DNA of 20,156 bases, taken from assembly GCA_020137815.1 (NCBI GenBank), contig WFME01000025.1:1-20156 (forward strand), written 5' to 3'. The DNA is from Hormiphora californensis. Taxonomy: Eukaryota; Animalia; Ctenophora. This document shows positions 12,925-20,156 of the stretch, in pieces; within the stretch, counting starts at the first letter, position 1; every line of letters begins with the position of its first letter. Both the position numbers and the translations under genes were made by a program. The notes under the pieces are model-generated. The model was not told the origin of the DNA. It ran no database searches and saw only the letters and a list, made by a program, of their open reading frames with translations.

Positions 12925-14521
12925 AGTTCACATTGACACGGGATAGATATTCAGGGCAGGTTTCTAGACATGGCAGAGTGATCTCCTTTCGTTTTACAGT
13001 TTGGACAACAGAGGTGGTTCCGGTTTGTTTTTGCAGGACAATCTTCAAGTTGGTGATTCTCATCAGAGGAGCTGCAATGAGGGCATCTCTGTTTCGATCT
13101 ACACCATTGCTCCATATGCCCGAAGCGCCAACACTTATGACACTGCGGTAGATTTCTCCGGGGTTTAGGAGTGTATTGCCTGATTCTGAAGCAGCGATTA
13201 TCGATAGTGAAAGTTTTGCCGATATTAGCATCTCTCTCCTCCTCTGTGTTGAATATCAGGAGAAGGCTTTGTCTAGGTTTTCCGTTGAATCCTTTGAATC
13301 GGTGGATCGAAGTCGGAGCTTTATCTGCTAGCTGATTTTTACAAGCTTCCATGAAATTATCTTCGGTATACTCAATATCAGCATAATCAACAGCTGCTTT
13401 ACATCCTTCCGGTGTTAGTGTCTCCTGGAGCAGTTTGCCTTGGTGGGGTGATCGGTATCTCCAAAGAATGTTGGTTCCCAGTCCCTCACCACCCTTAGTG
13501 CGTCATTTGGAGTAGCAACCTCAATCAAAAGTGTACAACGCATGGTAGATTTACATTGAATAACTTCTAAACATGGATAATATGAGTTAAAGTGCTTCAT
13601 GGTTTTAATCGACGTGCTAAGGAACTTTTGATAATCAACGATGCCTGTCACAGATATTGTTTTATTTGGATCACACAAAGATTTTGACACAGAAGGTTCA
13701 TTGGAAACATTAGGTTTCATGGATTTAACGGTTTGATTCTCTGTCTCTTCTGGGGTGTGTCCAGTCAACACTTCTCGGTACCCAGTCACTCCCTTTTCTT
13801 TCTCACTCTCCTTACCTCCCTCTCCTCCCCCAAGCAAGTATTTCAATTGTTCGTTTTTCGCGGCTAACAATTCCCTTTGCAGAGTCCTTACTTCATCTTT
13901 CGAAGATTCCAATTCCCGTTTCAGTTTTTTAACATAGTCCATACTCATCAAGTCTGCTATCGCTGGGACCATTTTGTAGGCCGTTTCCAGAATAAAAGTC
14001 GTTGTATCACAGACGTCCTTCTTGTTACCCATATCCTTCTCTGTTGGGGGTTGGACGTGTTTTCCCCGTTGAAGTTGGTCGTATAAATCTCGAGATGAAT
14101 GGATTTTCGGAGGTAATAAAGCCCCTAGTAAGTCGATCAATCCGTTAAAAACGGTGTTGGCAGGGTCCTCTTCGGATTCTGTGTCCGATTGTTCCGCAGG
14201 GATTGTTCCGCAGGGGACGCTCCCTGATATCAGGGCACGGCGCGTTCCTGCATGCCCGCCGCCCGGCCATCATGTGCAGATGGTTCTGTGGGAACCATGT
14301 GACATTGCTGCGCGTCACGTAGATTGAATGGAAAGTGGAGCTAACGCGCACGTCAGCACTCACTTGCTTGCCGACCTTGGGAACTGCCGACCTTGGGAAC
14401 TGATGCCTGGGAATCTCTAACTGGTGCCTTCTGGTGTCTTCTCCCGAGTATTATCCAGACATTCCTCTGGAACATCTTTATCTGAGACATGCTCCTCTTC
14501 TTGTCCTCCACTGGTCGCCAT
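12917..14521 (-). CDS. LINE ORF1, gag-like nucleic-acid-binding protein (coiled coil + three zinc knuckles), frameshifted in this sequence
   Basis: Fragments 13415-14140 (coiled coil) and 12951-13352 (CHKCWRFGHMEQWC, CPHC...H....C, CPNC....H); the C-terminus CPEYLSRVNVNYG* is in the frame ending 12917. The ATG at 14521 (MATSGGQEEE...) is an inferred start; the reading frame clearly extends to at least ~14220. Confidence 0.8.
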
Positions 14522-14563
14522 ATCGTTTCGTTCTGCCCTTTGGGGCGGTTACATCACTCCATT

Positions 14564-14604
14564 CTCAAATTAATTTGTTTAAAGTAGTGTTGAAAAGTTT
14601 GAAA
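14564..14604 (-). other. Spliced-leader-like exon sequence forming the 5' end of the LINE
   Basis: TTTCAAACTTTTCAACACTACTTTAAACAAATTAATTTGAG matches my recollection of the ctenophore (Pleurobrachia) SL exon. It is followed by AATGG, not a GT donor, so it is not an SL RNA gene. Confidence 0.75.
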
Positions 14605-14830
14605 GAAAATCGAAAGTCAAATGAAATTGTTTAACATTTGGACCAAATAGTCAAGTTTTTCGGAATAAATGACAATGTTCATTCCGATAAAAAAATGAAC
14701 TTTGAGCTAAAAGTCTGAAATTTTGTGGAACCTATTTATTTGTCCCATAGAATAACTGTGTAAAATTTTAGAGCTCTACGATATCTGGAACTATGCTAGT
14801 CTAGGGGGGACATTTTTTTTGCCCAACACG

Positions 14831-15835
14831 TTAGTATCCAAGAGTATCCAAGAGAAGTTTAAATTTAGGTAGTAGAGCATGATTTGATCGGTTTTGAGAG
14901 TAGCGATATTTTAAAATGATGGCACCGACCATGAGATTAGTGACAACACTTGCTATCAGGATAAAGACAATTACATAGGCCTTTTTGATTCTACAGCTCC
15001 TTGTATCCACGGGTCCTGTTATGAAGAAATGGGCAATCTTCACACCTTTCCGAAGCCCATATTGGTTTTGTTGACAAGCCCTTCGGGTGTAAAACATGAT
15101 TTGACGGTCGACTCCTCATTCTCTGAGATCATGTGCTAATGTTGCATTGACTGAATGAACTTCACGGCATCATGGATACTCTAACAAACGTTTACAAAGT
15201 CTAACATTCCTGTTTTCGTTTCTATGGCAAACTTCACAGGTGCTCCATCCTCCATTATCAAACTCTACATCCTTCTGCTCCATGACAACCCACGATATTC
15301 TGCTCCGTGATCATGGAAGAACCTGAGGTATTAATACTCAGGATGAAGCGTGGAAATGTCCGACTTGTGGGAGAGGTTGTGTTGTATGGATGTTACGGTA
15401 ATGGGCATGTCCAGATACCCACGTGGCTTGTGGACAATGATCTAATTGTGAGGTTAGAAACCGTCCCAGTTTGGTCGAGTTGTCTGAAAAGAAAAACATT
15501 TTTCACCAGTTTGCCTTTTAGAGATGCAAAACTAGATATGAAATGTAGGATTTTATTATGGCTACAAGTTGTACCTGAAACCTTAGAACACGCGAACGCG
15601 AAGGTCGAGTTGTTATAAGTGCACAATTATGATCCGAAACCACAGGTCGAGGCAGATTTCTTGTACTTTGTGCACGATCCTGTGAGTGCCACTAAGTGTA
15701 ACTACCTCACGAGCCTGCGGATTGATGTAGTTTTACTTTTTGACCGAGCCTGCGAGGTCTAAAGTGAAAGATCTGGGACATTATGGTTGACGTCAGGTAC
15801 AACGAAAATAAAAAAAAACACAACCAAAAGGCCAT
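14831..15835 (-). pseudogene. Disrupted, apparently intronless type I membrane protein (signal peptide, Ig-like segment, WSTCEVC Cys motif, TM helix); loosely FAM187-like; pseudogene or sequencing errors
   Basis: MAFWLCFFLFSLYLTSTIMSQ leader; SNLTIRSLSTSHVGIWTC Ig E-F strand motif; GGWSTCEVCHRNENRNVRLCK; TM AYVIVFILIASVVTNLMVGAIIL followed by KYR; several stops and frameshifts between the pieces. Confidence 0.5.
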
Positions 15836-16106
15836 TATAAAATTGCATTGTACAACAATAGTGAGAGAGACTTTAGGGCAGAAAATAAAAAACACCACAA
15901 TCGAACGAATTCATGATAAGGTAGCAGGCAAGATTATTAGTATAAGGATACGATAACGCCTGAAAAAAAGGAAATAGATAAAGAGATGAGAGATTAAGAA
16001 GTGAAACAAAAGAGTGAGAGAGAGCTAAAGAATGTTTGGGGGTCCAGGCGTTCGTACTGTATCTTGATCTCGGTGCCTGCAAACGGCTTGAGAGTGTGAC
16101 TAAAGA

Positions 16107-16252
<146 letters not shown>

Positions 16253-16323
16253 GAAGCGTTTCGTCCACACGCTTATCTTTCTAACGGTTTTTACGTACGT
16301 GCACGCAACGTGTAGTTCGAAAT

Positions 16324-16436
16324 GCAGCGGTGTTATAAGTTTTCTGTATCACTGCAGCCGTTATACGGAAAACTTATAACACTGGCCGCAGTTTATACAT
16401 GAAAACTTTTATACACTGCGCAGTGTTATAAGTTTT
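16324..16436. repeat. Cluster of direct and inverted GTGTTATAAGTTTTC motifs (probable MITE relic)
   Basis: Motif forward at ~16330 and ~16422, inverted at ~16368-16382 and (degenerate) ~16401-16416. Confidence 0.6.
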
Positions 16437-17484
16437 CGCCGGGCTTACAGCAGTGATCCTAAAGAATTATATTATATCCCAAAATTTTACAATTTATAAA
16501 TTGTATAATCCCCTTTTTTTTGGAAACTTTAATTAAAGTTTATGACTTACTCGGTGTGTTTTACCTGGGTAGATTCTTCCAGAACGATCATTTGAACCCA
16601 CAATCCTTCTTCCGGTGTAGTCCAACAGCCTCTGGAAAGGAGGCACCCTCAGCCTGACCCCATCGTTATCCCTCCCCAGCCGCCACAAACAAACCCCAAC
16701 TCAACCTCCCCTGGATCACCACTCGGGGCGCAGTGTCATTCTCATCACACAACCCCACGGACTTCTATCCTATCTACTACGGGTGCCTGGGCTTGCCACT
16801 GCAGCCCACAAGGGACTATCGCAAAAGCGATCATCGCCGGCACTAGGAGAATAGCCCCCCCTTCCCTCCCCACCATAGGAACTGCCCACAGAGGCACAGG
16901 TTCGCATATAGGTGTGCTTCGGTTTCGGGAGCTCAACTCCTTCGAGATTCTTTATCTTGATTCTTCTTTCTGTGATTCTTGGCTTCGTGCTTCTATCCCC
17001 CATCCATCCCCCTTCGACAAGAGGTGGGGGGGAGTCTCTTTCTATTCTTGAGCTTGTCTCGATTAGCTTGATAGTTAACGCGGTGTTGTTTATTATCGTT
17101 TTAACATAGGTTAAGTTGTACAAGGTTTTGCCTCAAATTTTTTAGGAATTAGGTCACACCCGCAAATTAGGTTTTTGGGTTTTCATTATTTATAGTTTAA
17201 TTATAGTAACTTGGAATTGGTCTGTCATATGGTATATGACAAAGAAGATTTCTAAACAATTATAAGTGGCAGGACGGTAAACACAATAAATACTCACATT
17301 TGTGATGTACCCCTACCACCGATAAGCTAACTTAAAGCGAATTAGACACAAGGATGTCTCTATAGTACCTGTTTTCAGAATCCTCACTTTGGGACGGGTG
17401 AGGCGGGGGAGGGTGGGTGGGGAGGAGTGGTGGGGTGGGGGGGGGTGGGCGGGGGACGTGGTGGGTGGAGGCAAATAATCGAGA

Positions 17485-20156
17485 TTAATGGTGACTATGG
17501 TTACATATATGATTCGTTTCGGTTTAGTGCTGGAATATACCATGTTTCGCTGGGAAAACCCAAGATCGCGCTTCGTTTGAAACGAGATCGGAGAGCTGTG
17601 CAAAAATAGATAAGTCTGCCACAACTGAGTTAGGAATGAAAATGGATTTTTTTAATTAGCACATGCGTGACTCTAGATATCGCGGTAGTTGAGGGGAGAG
17701 AGAGAGATTGTTTTCTCTGTTAAAAAAAAAAACGATGAGAGAAAGAAGCGTTTAAAAAAAAAAACTGAGGGGGGGTGGGGGATTGAGAGTTGTGTTGTAC
17801 ATTTTTCTTCTCTTTTCTTCTTTTTTTCTTCTTCCTGGTCCCACTTTCTCGTTTTGATATCTCTCTCTGCATACGCTCGTCATCTCTCTCTTTCTTTCCC
17901 ACTCCGCTATTCCCCCCAACCCTTTATCGTTCTCTCTTTCTTCTCTCTTGGCGGGAGAGAGAGAGGGAGACCGGAGAAGGAATCTGTAGGGTCGGGAGAG
18001 ATTAAAAAAATGTGATACTATGTTTTACTATATATTGAAATGTGAACTATGGTTTACACATATTAATTTTCTTTTCGGTTTAATAGAGTTTATTATCCTT
18101 CTCTTTACTATATTCTTCTCGCCCTCTTGCCAGTGGCGCGTATTGTCAGATACCGGGAAGTTCTCCCAGGCGCGCCGCTGGGAGAAGGGTAGCTTATTTT
18201 TAATATGCTAGCCGCCACTTGGTCGGATAAAAAAAAAAACTGGTTTCAATCACGACGACGCATCCCGAGGCGTAGCCGCGGGAGAGGCGGAGGGTTTAAA
18301 CCTATAACGCGGTCCGTGGCAAGAGTTTATATTTTATATACCCTGCTTTAGAGTTGTTTGTTACAAGTATTACCCCTACAAGAGAGAATCACTAATCAAA
18401 ACAACACAAAGAGAACTGGAAACAGTCCAAAAACATCTCTCAATTTGAGTGTAGCACTGTTTTGTAACAGTTTATAGGAGAAGAGAGCAAGAATAACAAG
18501 ATATGGGGCATGGCCAGACATACACCCAGAGTAATTGAGATGTTAACCAAAAGGAAGCCGTCGCAAGAGAGTAATTGCCCACGGAATTGTTGTTTCTTTC
18601 TCCTCCCATTTAGTGTGTAACGCTTTCTTCCAAACAGTGTTTCCCTCTGTATTTCAGTAAAGACTGATCATTTGACACACACACTTTGATGTAACATAGG
18701 AGTAAAAATAATAACCTGCCAACCTCCAGTGGGGAATAATCTTGCGCTGGACTGGCTGGTTATCGAAAGCCGCGCTAGTGGGACTTCCTCTTTTTAAACA
18801 CTGCGCATTATTTAAGTTAGCAAGGGAGCAGGGTATATACCATGTTCGCTGGGAAACCCAAGATCGCTCTTTGAAAGGAAACGAATCGGAGAGCTGTTCA
18901 AAGGATAAGTCTTGCTGACAACTGAGTTGAAGTGAAAATGGATTTTTTTTAATTAGCCACAAGTGCGTGACTAGATATCGCGTAGTTGAGGAGAGAGAAG
19001 TATTGTTTTTTTCTCTGTAAAAAAAGATGAGAAAGCCTAACGAGGGGGGGGGGGGGTGCGCGTGTCTTTTCTGTCAGTAAACCGGAGCTTGGCGAGAGAG
19101 AACGAGGAGAGAGAAGAGCGAGAGAGCGTTAAAAAACTGGAAAAAAAAACAAAAGTTTCTCTCCTCTTGCGGGAGAGAGAGAGGGAAGACCGAAGCAGGA
19201 ATTGTAGTCGGGAGGAGATTAAATTGAACGATGGGTTACATAGAGATTAATGTGAACTATGGTTTCCTATTATGATTCGTTTCGGTTTAGGTAGAGTCGC
19301 CTGAATAACCATGTTCCGCTGGGAAAAACCCAAGTATCGCTCGTTTGAACCGAGATCGAGAGCGTGCAAAAAAGATATAAGTCTTGCGCACCCTGATTTA
19401 GGAAGTGAAAATGGATTTTTTTTTAATTAGCACAGTGCGTGACGAGATAAAATCGCGAGTTTGATGGGATAGAGAGATATTGTTTCTCTGGAAAAAAAGA
19501 TGATAAGAGCGTTAAACTGAGGGGGGGGGGGGGGGGGGGGGGTGTTGGTGGGTGGGGTGTTTGTTTTTTTTGGTTATATTTTTATTTTCTGCAATTCAAA
19601 AAGGTAGATTGGAGATAGAGAAGAGAGAGAGAGAGAGCGTTAAACTGGAAACAAAGTTTCTCTCTGGCGGGGGAGAGAGAGAGGGAGACCGAGAATGAAT
19701 TGAGTCCGGGAGATATTTAAATGTGAAACTATGGTTACAATAGGATTAAATATGTGCTATGGTTACATATTATTATTCGGTTTCGGTTAGGAGTCGCTGG
19801 ATATACCCAACCATGTTCTCGCGGGAAAACCCAAGATCGCCTCGTTTGTGAACGAGAATCGTAGAGCTGTGCAAAAGAGATAATCTTTTGCTGCACAACT
19901 GAGTTAGGAAGTGGAAAATGATTTTTTTTAATTACAGTGCGTGAACTGAGATATCCGCGTAGTTTTGAAGGGGAGAGAAGAGATTGTTTCTTCTTTTCTT
20001 CTCTCTGTAAAAAAATATAGAGAAAAAAGCGTTACAAAACTAGAGCGTTAAACAAAAACACAACTGAGAGTTCAAACCAATCAAAAACCTGAGGAAAACT
20101 AAAAAAAAAACTTTAAAACTTAAACTGAGGGGGGGGGGGGGGGGGGGTGAGAGGGT
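17485..20156 (+). repeat. Direct repeats of a ~500-bp unit (4 copies, the last three in tandem), heavily indel-degraded
   Basis: CCATGTT(T/C)CGCTGGGAAAACCCAAGATCGC...GAAAATGG..TTTTTTAATTA...poly-G...GCGGGAGAGAGAGAGGGAGACC recurs at ~17540, ~18840, ~19310 and ~19810 (the last copy is cut off by the window end after the poly-G). Confidence 0.85.

Noticed and set aside
14141-14563. HDV-like ribozyme at the LINE 5' end
   Set aside because: Could not fold a nested double pseudoknot by eye, and most of the region appears to be ORF1 coding; a covariance-model search would be decisive.
14500-14604. SL RNA gene
   Set aside because: No GT donor, stem-loops or Sm site follow the SL-like exon; LINE 5' UTR follows instead.
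16565-17123. Possible minus-strand exon (GC-rich, ends CAG|GTAAAA, DENDTAP resembles the cadherin DxNDxxP motif)
   Set aside because: Needs several frameshifts and no other cadherin motifs are recognisable; cannot be supported without a homology search.
17630-17660. AATGGATTTTT in the tandem unit as a U2 snRNA Sm region
   Set aside because: No U2 5' end or branch-point pairing sequence on either strand.
17878-17915. ATCTCTCTCTTT... as a SMRTbell adapter remnant
   Set aside because: Only a low-complexity match, and the repeat copies are all direct rather than alternating in orientation.
18242-18302. Imperfect hairpin around CCCGAGGCGTAGCCGCGGGA, Helentron-like
   Set aside because: The region is too noisy to define element ends.

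Overview
Eukaryotic, intron-containing, TE-dense genomic DNA. It is most likely from a ctenophore (Pleurobrachia-like), judged from a spliced-leader-like 41-mer and a short repeat, both recognised from memory only. Left end: four minus-strand exons of a phospholipase B-like (PLBD2-type) gene whose introns hold a Kolobok-type MITE, a small MITE, a Helitron and a triplicated exon end. Centre (3309-14831): a four-level nest. A TA-flanked long-TIR MITE is split by a full-length minus-strand LINE (gag-like CCHC ORF1, APE-RT-CCHC ORF2, (AAAT)n tail, 10-bp TSD). The LINE 3' UTR carries a 1.56-kb foldback MITE and a Helitron, and the Helitron carries a 5'-truncated CR1-group LINE inside its (TC)n tract. 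The main finding is that the 5' end of the full-length LINE is a spliced-leader-like sequence ending in TTAATTTGAG, which suggests a retrotransposon whose RNA 5' end is made by SL trans-splicing. Right end: a disrupted type I membrane Ig-like gene and noisy ~500-bp direct repeats. Both ends of the window show indel noise typical of under-polished long reads.
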